Part shown: positions 25,361 to 37,719 of the stretch, in pieces
Numbering within the stretch: the first letter of the stretch is position 1
Layout: each line of letters opens with the position of its first letter
Assembly: GCF_006345805.1 (NCBI RefSeq)
Contig: NC_043021.1
Span: forward strand, 14,694,001-14,758,000
Length of the DNA stretch: 64,000 nucleotides
Origin: Octopus sinensis
Taxonomy: Eukaryota
Direction of reading: 5' to 3'
Program-made: the position numbers and the translations under genes
The notes under the pieces: generated by a model
What the model saw: the letters and a program-made list of their open reading frames with translations, nothing else
Told to the model about the DNA's origin: nothing
Database searches by the model: none

Positions 25361-26497
25361 TGATGATGATGATGATAATGGTTTTAAATTTTGCCACAAG
25401 GGCAGCAATTTTGGGGGAGGGGGATAAGTCAATTACATCGACCCCCACCCCTCCAGTGTTCAACTGGTACTTACTTAATCGACCCCTGAAAGGATGAAAG
25501 GCAAAGTAGGCCTCAGTGGAATTTGAACCCAGAACAGAGTGGCAGACGAAATACCGCTAAGCATTTCATCCATTGTGCTGACAATTCTGCCACCTCGCTG
25601 CCTTGATAATAATAACAACAATAATAATTTTTTCCAAGCAGGCACAAGGCCTGAAAGTTTAGGGGAAGGGGTTAGTCGATTACATTGACCCCAGTGCATA
25701 ACTGGTACTTATTTCATCAACCCTGAAAGGATGAAAGGCTAAGCTGACCCTGGCAGACGAAATGCTGCAAAGCATCTTGTTCAGTGAGTTAACAAGACTT
25801 CTGGATCACTTCCTTAACACTAACAAGAATAATCCTTTCTATTATAGGCACATGACCTGGAATTTGGGGGGAAGGGTGAGTTGATTACATCGATGCCAGT
25901 ACACAACTGGTATTTATTTTATTGACCCCCTACCCCACCGAAAGGATGAAAGTCAAGGTCAACCTCAGTGGAATTTGAGCTCAGAACACGAAGACAGATG
26001 AAATACTGCTAAGCATTTTGCCCGGTGTGCTATTAATAATTGTTTCTACTCTAGGCACAAGGCCTTGAAAGTTTTTTGGGGAAGGTGGCTAATTGATTAA
26101 ATCAGCCCCAGTGTGTAACTGGTACTTATTTCATTGACCCCGAAAGGATGACAGGCAAAGTCGAGCTCGGCGGAATTTGAACTCGGAACGTAGCGGCAGA
26201 CGAAATACTGCTAAGCATTTCGCCCGGCATGCTAACAATTCTGCCAGCTCACCACCTTAAAAATAGGAATGAGAAACATACTCTTTTCTACTCTAGGCAC
26301 GAGGTCCGAAATTCTCAAGGAAGGGACCAGTCGATTAGATCGGTTCCAGTATGCAACTGGTACTTAATTTATCGACCCTCGAAAGGATAAAAGGTAAAGT
26401 CAACTTCAGCAGAATTTGAACTCAGAACGTAAAAGCAGACAAAATACCACCAAGCATTTTGCCCAATGTGCTAACAATTTTGCCAGCTCACTGCCTT
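25060..26497 (-). mobile_element. Cluster of six co-oriented SINE family 2 copies
   Basis: GAAAGGATGAAAGGCAAAGTCGAC...GAATTTGAACTC recurs six times, about every 200-300 bp, separated by (TAA)n or CTCTAGGCAC tails. Confidence 0.85.
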
Positions 26498-27744
26498 AAG
26501 ATGTGCTATTAATTATAAGAAGATCTACTCCCTAACTATAGAAAGAACCTGTGGAAGAGGTAGACCTCGGAAAACATGGGATGAGGTGGTGAAGAATGAA
26601 CTCTGAACATTGGGCCTCACAGAGGCAATGATGGGAGACTGGGACTTTTGGAGATATACTGTGACTGAGAAGACCCAGCAAATTCCACTGAGGTCAACTT
26701 TACCTTTCATCCTTTCAGGAGTTGATAAAGTAAGTTTAGTAATATATCAGACCTCAGTAGTTGGGTGGGTTTGTGAGTGAATGGATGAATGGATAGACTG
26801 ATAGATAAGGAGGTAGGATGATGGATGAGTAGGTGAGATTGCAGCCATGCATGTTCGGCCCTGTTAAGAATACCCTTGATGTGTCAGGCGATATGATATG
26901 CTTGAGAAGACCGGTTGAGTCAAGTAAAACCAATATCATAGCTGTGGCCAGCGCCCCCTGACTGGCTCCCATGCCAGTGGCACATAGAAAGCACCATCTG
27001 AATGTGATCGATGCCAGGTCCGCCTGACTGGCTCTTGTGCCAGTGGCATGTAAAAAGCACCATCCGAACTTGATTGATGCCAGGCCTACCTGACTGGCTG
27101 GCTCCCATGCCGGTGGCACATAAAAGCCACCCACTACACTCTCGGAGTGGTTGGCATTAGGAAGGGCATCCAGCTGTAGAAACTTTGCCAGATCAGATTG
27201 GAGCCTGGTGCAGCCGCTGGCTCTTCAGATCTAAATCTAACCATCCAACCCATGCCAGCATGGAAAACGGACGTTAAATGATGATGATGATGATGAATAA
27301 CAACACGAATCAAGGTTAAATGTAAACATGAATAAAAATAAAATAAAATATAAAAAATTTTTTTTTTAATTGTAAAATAAAAAATAATACGCCAAGTTGT
27401 TTGCGAGTTCAAATAACATAAACGGAATCATTTAGGAGTGAAGAAGGTTTGAAAGTGAATTAGTTGTAATTTGATAAGGAAGAAGGAAAGAAAGAAAGAA
27501 AGAAAGACAGAGAGAAAGAAACAATGAAAGAAGGAAAGAGATAAAGAAACGCAGAAAGAAGGTGTGAAGAAGAAAACAAGACAAACATGATTAAATGTCA
27601 ATAGAAGTTATTAAGTTTCTTTTGATAGCTTAATGGTAACGAAGCACGTTTGCAAGAAACAGTTTCAAATCAACAGAAGGTGAAAACTTTGTTATTTGAC
27701 GTATGGGTTATTGATTGTAATTGGTTGTTATGTTACTACTGATG

Positions 27745-28135
27745 GTGCTGTTGCTGCTGCTATCGATAATGATGATGATGATGCTGATGATGGCAATGCT
27801 GATGATGGCAATGCTGATGATGATGATGATGATGACGATTCTGATGATGATGACAATGTTGCTGATGATGATGATGATGACAATGTTGCTGATGCTGATG
27901 ATGATGATGACGATGCTGATGATGACGATGCTGATGATAACAATGATGCTGATGATGCTGGCAACGCTGATGATGATGATGACGACACTGATGATGATGA
28001 CGACACTAATGATGACGACGCTGATGATGACGACTGATGATGATGATAACGACGCTGATGATGGCAACGCTGATGAGGCAGCTGCTGGTGATGCTGCTGA
28101 TATCAATGGCACTGCTGTTGCTATGATGACGAGGA
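27745..28135. repeat. (GAT/GCT/GAC)n trinucleotide tract
   Basis: Direct reading; source of the poly-D, poly-M and poly-S ORFs. Comparable tracts at 38925-39072 (CAC/CAT) and 63115-63662 (CAT). Confidence 0.9.
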
Positions 28136-28140
28136 TGCTA

Positions 28141-29341
28141 TGAGGCTGAGCTGGAAAGTTCATAGGCTGCCTACGAAGGAGTGATGTGAGAGCTGTGAAA
28201 TCTTGCACACATTAATTTCAACCCTTCTTGTTAATAACGGCATTGTTTCTTTCCAGGTAAATTGACATCTGACTGTTCAAATAACACTTCAAAAGTAACT
28301 AGAAGTGAATTCTTTTAAAAATGGACAAAATTTGGCATCATGGCTTTTTTTTTTACATGTACTTGCAAAAAGCAAAAGATTTAGCCCACAAGAACAACCA
28401 TGCTGACATGGTTGTTACATTAGGAGGTGATGCTTCAGGTTTATCAACAGTGCAAAAGCAGGCCACTTAACCCTTTCGTTACTATATTTATTTTGAGATG
28501 CTCTATGTTTCTTTCAATTAATTTTAAATATAACAAAGAATTTAGTAAAATAACTTAATTATCATTCAGCTAATGTTAGGAACATAAATTGTGACTAAGG
28601 TTTTGGTGGAAGATTTTAATTCCAAACTTATGAAAACAAGATATTTGTACTCAGAGCCTGGACCCTTTTGTTACCATATTTCTGTTGAGATGCTCTGTGT
28701 TTCTTTCAATTACTTTAAATATAACAAAGAATTTAGTAAAATAACTTTGTTATCATTCAGCTAGTGTTAGGAACATAAATTGTGACTAAGGTTTGGTGGA
28801 AGATTTTCATTCAGAACTTATGAAAACAAGACATTTGTATTCAGAGCCAGGGCTGGTTTTAGCCAGGTTAGTAACGAAATGGTTAATTTAGGAGGGGAAG
28901 GGATAGTTTTGTGAATGACCCAAGGTCTGGGCATCCTGTAACTGCTACCACCAAGGAAAACCTTTTTTGTGTCCATCACATGGCGATGGACAACAGGTGG
29001 ATGACTTCGAATCAAATAGCCAATGCTGTTAGCATATTTAGCATATCCCATGAGAGTGTTGAGAATATTCTGCAGCACAATGAACTTGGCATGACAAAGG
29101 TTCCTGCTTGGTGGGTGCCACATCTTCTGACACTTGGTCGAAGGCAAAACAGGGTGGCCACATCATGGGAAAATCTGACATTGTTTGAAGCAGATCCAGT
29201 GGGTTTCCTTGAACAAGGTTTCCTAATCAAGGATGAGTGTTGGCTTCATCACTGACGCAGAGACAAAGAGACAATCCATGCAGTGGAAACATCCCACTTC
29301 ACCTGCTCTGAAGAAAGCCAATGTCGTTTCCTCTACAGCAA
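28141..29341 (+). pseudogene. Decayed mariner transposon (5' TIR plus N-terminal part of the transposase), split by a MITE
   Basis: TA|TGAGGCTGAGCTGGAAAGTTCATAGG terminus; ATG at 28321 (MDKIWHHG). After the insert it reads DPRSGHPVTAT...ELGMTKVPAWWVPHLLT...DECWLHH...ETKRQSMQWKHPTSP (with frameshifts), giving the mariner WVPxxL motif and first catalytic D. 3' end missing. Confidence 0.9.
28471..28882 (-). mobile_element. piggyBac-like MITE family A, tandem dimer, inserted in the mariner ORF
   Basis: TTAA at 28467-28470 and 28883-28886; two internal units, the second starting at about 28662. Removing it restores GGCCACTTAATTTAGGAGGGGAAGG in the transposase. Confidence 0.85.
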
Positions 29342-30837
29342 GACACCTGTTTCTGTCTCCCTGTCTCCCTGTCTCACTATAACCTTTCATCACCTGACAC
29401 AAGATAACCTCCTCCAATGTCCCCTCCCCTCTCAAAAGATTTTTGTCATGCAGGTTACTTGGTGATCCTGCCAGTGCAGGTGCTACTTAAAAAGCATCCA
29501 GTCCACACTGTAAAGTAGTTGACATTTGGAAGGGCGTCCAGCTGTAAAAATCATGCCAAAACTGACCTCGCCTGTGCTTGTGTCACTTAAGAAGCATCCA
29601 GTCCACACTGTAATGTGGCATTCGGAAGGGCTTCCAGCTGTAAAAACCCTGCCAAAACTGACCTCACCTGTGCTTGTGTCACATAAAAAGCACTCTGTCC
29701 ACTCTGCTGGGTGGTTGGTGTTAGGAAAGGCATCCAGCTGTAAAAATCCTGCCAAAACAGTCACAGAAATCTGGTGTAGGGTTCGGCCTGGCTGGTTCCT
29801 GTCAAACTTTCCAACCCATGCCAGCATGGAAGGCAGAAGTTAAACGATGATGATGATGCTACACTGTATTTATCTAGGACTACACTCTGCAATGTGCCCT
29901 CCCTTTTCTAAAATGGTAAGGGTGAAATTTGAAGACAGCTAATTGGCAGAACCCCCAAAAAATCAAAATGAGGACACATTAAATTCAGGCCATGACCATC
30001 ATATCTGAAATAGATCCATTTACTCATACGTAACCTTGACCTAGTGTTTGAACAACAACAAATCAAAAATAACAGAAAAGCAACAACAAAAAAAAAGGCA
30101 GTATCATTTGATTATAGATATTTTGCTAATAAAAGGATTAATTGATAAATATAGAGAAAATAAAAACATGAGAATTTGTAGTAATTCTATCTGCCTGAAC
30201 CAATTTTTATCACCACCCCCACCACACACACACACACACGCAAACAGCTCCTCCCTACCGTTCCATGGCCCCAACAATATCTTTGAAAATATAGCTGGAA
30301 GATGATATCTTCATTATGCTAATTAATATTTTCAAACTACAACACTGAAAATAAGAATATAACAATAAAATAAAATATTAAAAAAAAATATAACAAAAAA
30401 ATATATTAAAAAAAAACTAGGGCAGGTGAGAATATGTATAAATGTGTATGTGTATATATGTGCACTCACACACATCCTACTATAGGCACAAGGCCAGAAA
30501 TTTGGGAGAGGGGGCCTGATTGATTATATTAACCCCAGTGCTTGACTGATAGTTATATCATTGACCCTGAAAGGATGAAAGGCAAAGCTGACTTTGGTGG
30601 AATTTGAACCCAGAACAAAGACAGATGAAATGCCATCATCAGCTGCCCCACGAGTATCATTATGGTTTCGACACCTGTGCAGTACCATTAAGTCAATAAC
30701 CATGTTCTATTGTGTTAGCAGTGCACCTTACATTGTTTGTTTAAGTTATCTCTACAGATATTCTTTAAAAATTATAACCAGCGCTGACTTTTGTGACGAT
30801 GATCTGTATCCAGTTTGCTTACATTGATGTCTCAGAT

Positions 30838-31115
30838 AATAATAATGAAATTATTGTATACAGTGCTCAGGTGCACCACAACTTGTCAGAAAGTGCATAT
30901 AAAGTACATGCAGTAATGTAGAAATGTCTGGAAAGCGAACAATGTATGAGTCAGATACATGCTTGTGTGTGTATGGAGGGGAGAAAATCAAGTGTAGTGT
31001 TGGCGAATCTCAGGAAGCATGGAAGTTTTGAAGGATGCAGTGCTCCGACAACTAACAACCGATGCCGGCAGTTTGTTCCATGCTTCAGCAACTCTCAGCG
31101 TGAAAAAATGTTTAT
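30838..31115 (-). mobile_element. CR1-like LINE 3' end, second copy
   Basis: Shares ttgtatacagtgctcaggtgcac and gttccatgcttcagcaactct.agcgtgaaaaaatgttt with 18062-18240. Confidence 0.8.
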
Positions 31116-31928
31116 GAAACGTAACAAAAATTAGAGCTGGTTATAATTTCTACAGAATATGTCTCTTTCTCTCTTCTTCTCTTTTACTTGTTTCAATCAT
31201 TTGACTGCAGCCATGCTGGAGCACCGCCTTTAGTCGAGCAAATCGACTCCAGGACTTATTGTTTGGAAGCCTAGTACTTATTCTATCGATCTCTTTGGCC
31301 GAACTGCTAAGTTACTGGGACGTAGACACACTACCATTGATTGTCAAGCGATGTTGGGTGGACAAACACAGACACACAAACATATACACACAAACATACA
31401 TTTACATATATACATATGATGGGCTTCTTTCAGTTTCCGTCTACCAAATTCTTGTGGGCAATAAAAGAAATAAGAATAAGTACTGGGGTCGATTTGTTCA
31501 ACTAAAACCCTTCAAAGCAGTGCTCCAGCATGGCCGCAGTCAAATGACTGAAACACGTAAAAGAATGCAAAAGAATAGTCATCAACAGTTATTCTAAAAA
31601 AATCCTTCCATGGAGGTAAACAGGTGACAAGGTTTCAATCTCAGCCCTACTCCCCTTGTCTTCCACCTGTCAGGTAATGAACGCTCTGGCGATAATTCAA
31701 AGCTGGAGAATGGAAGCTGTTTCTGTTCATAGCTGGATTATTTACAAGATTAAGAAGCCATCTGCAGATTGTTATCATTATTGGTAATTTTATGTGATAA
31801 TACTAAGATGCTAGGAATCAATATCGTTAGTGTTATCACTGGATATAAATATTAACAAAAAAAAAAAATTATACATAATGGAAAAAAATGGTAATATTCT
31901 AAAAAATAAATCCATTTCTATACATATA

Positions 31929-32142
31929 CAGTAATACCTCGACTATCATGGGTATTACGTTCCAAATCCCCCCCCCCCCGCGATAGGTGAAAATCCACAA
32001 TGTAGAAACAGTACTGTACTGTATATTCAAAAAAAATTTTTAATAATTTGTATATATTTTTTTAATTATAAATGCAAAACAACACCACAGAGGAATCAAC
32101 GTAAGCCTAAATAATAAACCGCAATATGGTGAGGGATTATTG
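31929..32142. mobile_element. pogo/Tigger-like MITE
   Basis: TA|CAGTAATACCTCG...GAGGGATTATTG|TA. Confidence 0.8.
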
Positions 32143-32714
32143 TATTACATACATACACATGCACTCATACATACATACATACATACATATTATACGTATA
32201 CATACACACATCCATGTACATAAAAACATGTAGTTTAATATATACGAGTGGATACTGAAAAATGTTCCTGTTTTAAGGGTACATACCATCTTGTACATAC
32301 ACATACACTAATTCATACATACATAAGACATGCATATATACACACATATACTAATTCATACATACATAAGACATGCATATATACACATACACTAATTCAA
32401 ACATACATAAGATATGCATATATACACACATACATACGTGTACATACATACATAAGACATGCATATATACACATACATACATACATACATACATACATGC
32501 ATGCATACATAGTTTTGTATCTAGATCTTTCTTATCAAAGAAACTGGCATTATGTCAAGGAAACTCCAGAGTAAGAGCCTACTGGATCAGCTGATATATT
32601 ATCACACACCTCTATAGTAGCATGTAAATCTTCTCCCTTTAATTAAACCAATAAAGCATCTGTGTATGTGAGTATGCTTATATAAAGTGATCAATGTACA
32701 AGGGGTACTGAGTA

Positions 32715-33080
32715 AGACCCCAGGACTTATTCTTTGTAAGCCCAGTACTTACTCTATCGGTCTCTTTTGCCGAACTGCTAAGTTTACGGCGATATAAACA
32801 CACCAATATCAGTTGTCAAGAGATGGTGGGGTGAGACAAACACATACATACATACATGTACATACATACATTCATACACATACATACACACACACATACA
32901 TACATACATATATATATACGACAGGCTTCTTTCAGTTTCCGTCTACCGAATCCACTCACAAGGCGTTGGTCGGCCCGAGGCTATAGCGGAAGACACTTGC
33001 CCAAGGTGCCACGCAGTGGGACTGAATCTGGAACCATGTGGTTGGTAAGCAAGCTATTTACCACACAGCCACTCCTCCTT
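32715..33080 (-). mobile_element. SINE family 1
   Basis: Reverse complement of the 11516 family. Further copies at about 8357, 20068, 21510, 31175, 57875, 58370, 59880 and 62100. Confidence 0.85.
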
Positions 33081-33438
33081 GTTTAAAATTTTAGAACAAG
33101 GCCAGCAATTCTGAGGGAAGGGTGTTAGTCGATTACACTGACCCAGAACTTAACAGTTCCTTTATTTTTACCAATCCTAGAAAGAGGAAAAATAAAGTTG
33201 ACCCCAGTGGAATTCGAACACACGGTGGATAGACAGAAGAGATGCTGCAAATCATTTTGTCCTGTGTGGTAATGATTCTGCCAGCTCACCACCTTAATAA
33301 TAATAATAATAATAATATAATAATGATAACAACCAAATAATAATTAACCAAAATGAAGTAGATTGACAAAATTACTTTTTGAGCCTGTCGAAGACACACA
33401 AGATGTCGAAATATCATTCACTAGATGACAATGGCAGA

Positions 33439-33672
33439 GGCGCATGGCTTAGTGGTTAGGGTGTTGAGCTCATGATCGTAAGGTTGTGGTTTCGATTCCT
33501 GGACCGGGCGATGCGTTGTGTTCTTGAGCAAAACACTTCATTTCACAATGCTCCAGTTCAGTCAACTGGCAAAAATGAGTAATCCTGCGACAGACCAGCG
33601 TCCCGTCCAGGTGGGGAATTTCTATGCCACCGAAACCAGCCCTTATGAGCCTGGCATGGCTCGAGAAGGAAC
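33439..33672 (+). mobile_element. tRNA-derived SINE (family 3-related)
   Basis: A-box TGGCTTAGTGG, B-box GGTTTCGATTCC, then GTTCTTGAGCAAAACAC; related head at 58210. Confidence 0.8.
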
Positions 33673-34139
33673 ATTAATTTTTTTTTATTGATGACAATGG
33701 CACTCTTCTTTTAATTTCGACTATATCTTCTGGAGGAGTTACCTCAATCCGTTATATATTAATAATAATAATAATGTTTTTTATTAACCACCAAAGGGTG
33801 ATAAAAACATCAAGCATGGGATAATGTAAAAAGTGTGTATAAAAAGAAAATAACAGAAACACAACCCCACTCCACCAAAAAAAAAACTAAACATTCAAAC
33901 AAAGATTAATTTCCCACCCAAAAGAGTGGGGAGACCTCCGAGATCTACTTGGGTACCTTAACAAAACCCTGATCATCTTGAACATTGAGACAAGTGACCC
34001 CTCCTACCAGTTATCCTCCTATGGGTGCATGTTCAGAGCAGGCCCCATTCATTCAGAACAGTATATATAAATAATACATATATGCACACATATACATGCA
34101 TACACACACAAACTTGCATGTATCTATACACACACACAT

Positions 34140-34430
34140 ATACTTTATAATTAGGGTTCAGCAACGATTTGCCTTACCACATACCAAAGTTTAGAAATAG
34201 CAGCCAAAAAACCTTAGCTATTTCTTCTACTTTAAAAAGGGACTCCTAGAAAAACCAAAATACTTGAAAACGATCCACGCAGGCAGAGTGCGTGGATCAT
34301 TTTCAAGTATTTTGGTTTTTCTGGGAGTCCCTTTTTAAAGTAGAAGAAATAGCTAAGGTTTTTTGGCTGCTATTTCTAAACTTTGGTATGTGGTAAAGCA
34401 AATCGTTGCTGAACCCTAATTATAAAGTAT
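34140..34430. repeat. Long inverted repeat: 142-bp arms, 7-nt loop
   Basis: Left arm 34140-34281, loop GGCAGAG 34282-34288, right arm 34289-34430; 3 non-Watson-Crick positions. Confidence 0.95.
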
Positions 34431-34549
34431 TACTTAAGTTTACCGTGAATTGGTCCTTTTTCATGCCGAATTCTACTTGGTGAAATTATTGATTACTTCT
34501 TAATTAATTAATTTTACCCTTTGTTATAATTGATAATAGAATTTTCTCC

Positions 34550-34582
<33 letters not shown>

Positions 34583-35179
34583 GTGCACATATATAGATAC
34601 ACACATGCACATAGATACATACACATACATAAATACACACACACACAAAATTATAAATGTTCACTATATACATACACACTCACACATACATGTACAGAGA
34701 GAGAGAGAGAGAGAGAGGGAGAAACAGAACTGGTAAACTCTCCTCACAGACACAGAGCTAGGCAGTATTCAGTTATGTCCCTTTAAATTCTTTGCTCAAA
34801 GTCTGCAGATGTCAACATCGCTCTCTTATCTCCCCCTGAAGCTAATAAAATAAAACAATAACAAAAATACCAATGAAATAATGAGGGGATATATTTAATG
34901 CACTGTTCTCTCCCCTAAAATTTGTGACATCATACATATATGTCACAAACAGTAACACCACCACCACCACCACCACAAGAACAACATTTGTATCCCGTGT
35001 ATATTCTTGTCTCATCTCCACCCCTCCTCTCTCTTTCTTCCCCTCATCTTTTTTGTCAATCTCCAAAACAAAGCGTAAACTGTCCTTGTAACGCCTCCTT
35101 CACTCAATGCCCTTGTGGCAAATAAAAATCATCATCATCATCATCATCACCATTTTATTATTATTATTATTATTATTAT

Positions 35180-35870
35180 TAAGGTGAAGAGCTCACAGAA
35201 TCATTGGCGTGCCGAACAAAATGCTTAGTGGAATTTCATCCATCATTACATCTGGAGCTCATATTCTGCCGAGGTTGACTTGGCCCTTTCATCCCTTTGG
35301 GATTCATGTAACTGACAAGTCCCTCCCCACTGAATTTCAGCCTTTGCACCTATAGCAGAAAGGATTGTTATTATTATTATTATTTTTATTCTTGAAGTGG
35401 TGAGCTGGCAGAATTGTTAGCATGCTGGGCAAAATGCTTAGCAGCATTTAGTCTGTCTTTACTGAGTTCAAATTCCACCGGGGTTGACTTTGCCTTTCAT
35501 CCTTTCGTCAGGGGTCAATAAAGTAAGTATCAGTTGAGAGCTGGAGGATGACATAATTGACTTGTGCCTTATTCAAAATTGCTGGCCTTGTGCCAAAATT
35601 TGAAATCATTATTATTATTATTATTATTGTCTTTACTGTTTATAAAGGTGGTGAGGTGGCAGAATCATTAGCACCTTGGGTGAAATGCTTAGTGGTATTT
35701 TGTCTGCCTCTGCGTTCTGAGTTCAAATTCCACTAAGGTCGGCTTTGTCTTTCATCCTTTTGGGGGTCGGTAAATTAATTACCAGGGAAACACTGGGTTG
35801 ATGTAATCGACTGTCCCCCTCCCCACAAAATCCAAGCCTTGTGTTTATAGTAGAAAGGATTATTATTATT
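35180..35870 (+). mobile_element. Cluster of three co-oriented SINE family 2 copies
   Basis: Heads (GAGCTGGCAGAA-like) at about 35185, 35400 and 35650, each preceded by (TTA)n. Further plus-strand copies at 37720-38250. Confidence 0.8.
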
Positions 35871-36771
35871 TTTATTATTATTATCATTATTAATATAACT
35901 GGTGATGCTTGATAGAATTTGTTAGGGTATGAGATAAAATACCTCGTAGTATTTAGTTACATTCCTTTTCATTCCGAGTTCAAATCCTGTCAAAGTTAAA
36001 CGAAAAAAAAAAACCCCTGTGATTTAATTGATCATTGGCTGCTTTTTCTAGCTGATCAATTGACCATAAGGTTAAAGGAAAAAAAAAACCTGTGATTTGA
36101 TTGATCATTGGCTGCTATTTCTAGCTGATCAATAGACCATGAAAAGGTTCCTTTGTAGTCGTGGTTGTTTAGTCCCTACCTACTCCCTGATAGCTTTGAT
36201 CACGCAGAGGAGGTATGTTAGAAGATGCTGCAACTATAAAGTATTCCGGTTTGTCCGTCATGTCTATGCCGTGCGATGGTGTCCTTCGCGTTTTCTGGAG
36301 GGTTTAATGCTATATTGCGTGACACAATGATCTGATGTAGATTTAGCTGCTGTTTAAAGCATTTCAAGCAAGCGCAGTGAGGCTCCCTTTCTAGTGCATG
36401 ACTGTTTTAGTACGCATGTGTGTGTGTGTGTGCGTGTGTCTATGTAAACGTGCGCAGAAGGAGATATTTATTGTAATCGCAGGTAATGTTATCAGCCAGT
36501 TATTATTATCAAAATCAGTTGATTTCAAAACTCTTTATTTGCTTAATGTTATCAGTTGGTGTTATTGCAAGGGTCATGTTCGAAAGCCTGCGATCACAAT
36601 AAACAGTTCCACTGTGTGTGTGTATGGATGGATGGATGGATGGATGGATATATATATACACACACACACAGATACACATGTATACTCCTATACATATACA
36701 TACATCTGTACACATACATATGCATACAATGCATCCATACATGTTTACATAGATACGTGTATGTACATCCC

Positions 36772-36813
<42 letters not shown>

Positions 36814-37126
36814 CATATGCTTATGTACATACATATACATACATACACATACATTCATACACACACAGACATGCATATATACATACAAACATATGAATGC
36901 ATATATATACACACACATGCATACATACATATGCATACATACATACGCATACACACATATGTGCATACATGCATACGCACATATACGCATACCTACACAC
37001 ACGCCAACCTTAAATTATATAATTTTTTCAATTAGTTTCTGTATTATTCAAAACCAACTTCTCAGACAAAAACCAAACAAAACTCACACACACATACAAC
37101 ACCCCACTATCTCCCACTCTTTCTTC

Positions 37127-37162
<36 letters not shown>

Positions 37163-37686
37163 TGCACACACGCACACGCACGCACTATTACCTCCCATTT
37201 TCTCTCTCTCTCTCCGTTCCAGTTTTTATCCTTCACTCGTGCATGAATGATTGTGTAAGCGACATCAGACCCATTGTCGTGATGTGATTGTGTAGATACA
37301 TAATTGGTGTCGCTTCCATTGAGAACAGACCAATGTTATGTAATCCACCCTGTGTGTAACAGACTAGCAGATTTGTGCAGCTATTTCTAGCAAATTCAGC
37401 AACCACACAGCAGCTTCCGCGCTGTTCTGAAAGATGCCGCAATGGTAGAAGCGACAGAGTACAAAACAGAATACCTCGCAGCGTTTAGGTAGTTCGCTAT
37501 TTGTTACTGGGCTGGGGTTCCAATCCCCACCGAGGTTGAATATAGTGTTCATCTTCCGTAGGGGTCAATAAACTGGAATACCAGTCAAGAACTGCGGGTC
37601 GTTGTAATAAACTAACCACCCATCTCCCCCTCAAAATTGTTGGCCTTGAACCAATAGTTGAAACCATTATTACTATTATTATTATC

Positions 37687-37719
<33 letters not shown>

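Noticed and set aside
27696-28208. Poly-Asp acidic ORF, suggestive of a biomineralisation-type protein (also 12826-13188, 38748-39111, 63114-63791)
   Set aside because: These are pure trinucleotide tracts open in multiple frames on both strands, with no splice signals or unique coding flanks.
33439-33512. tRNA-like sequence with A and B boxes (also 9219, 58210, 5780-5850)
   Set aside because: Each continues into a shared SINE body and has no clean acceptor stem. These are SINE heads, not tRNA genes.
34790-34830. Strong minus-strand acceptor (TTATTTTATTAGCTTCAG at about 34827)
   Set aside because: All three frames stop within about 20 codons and no matching donor was found. It cannot be supported as an exon without RNA data.
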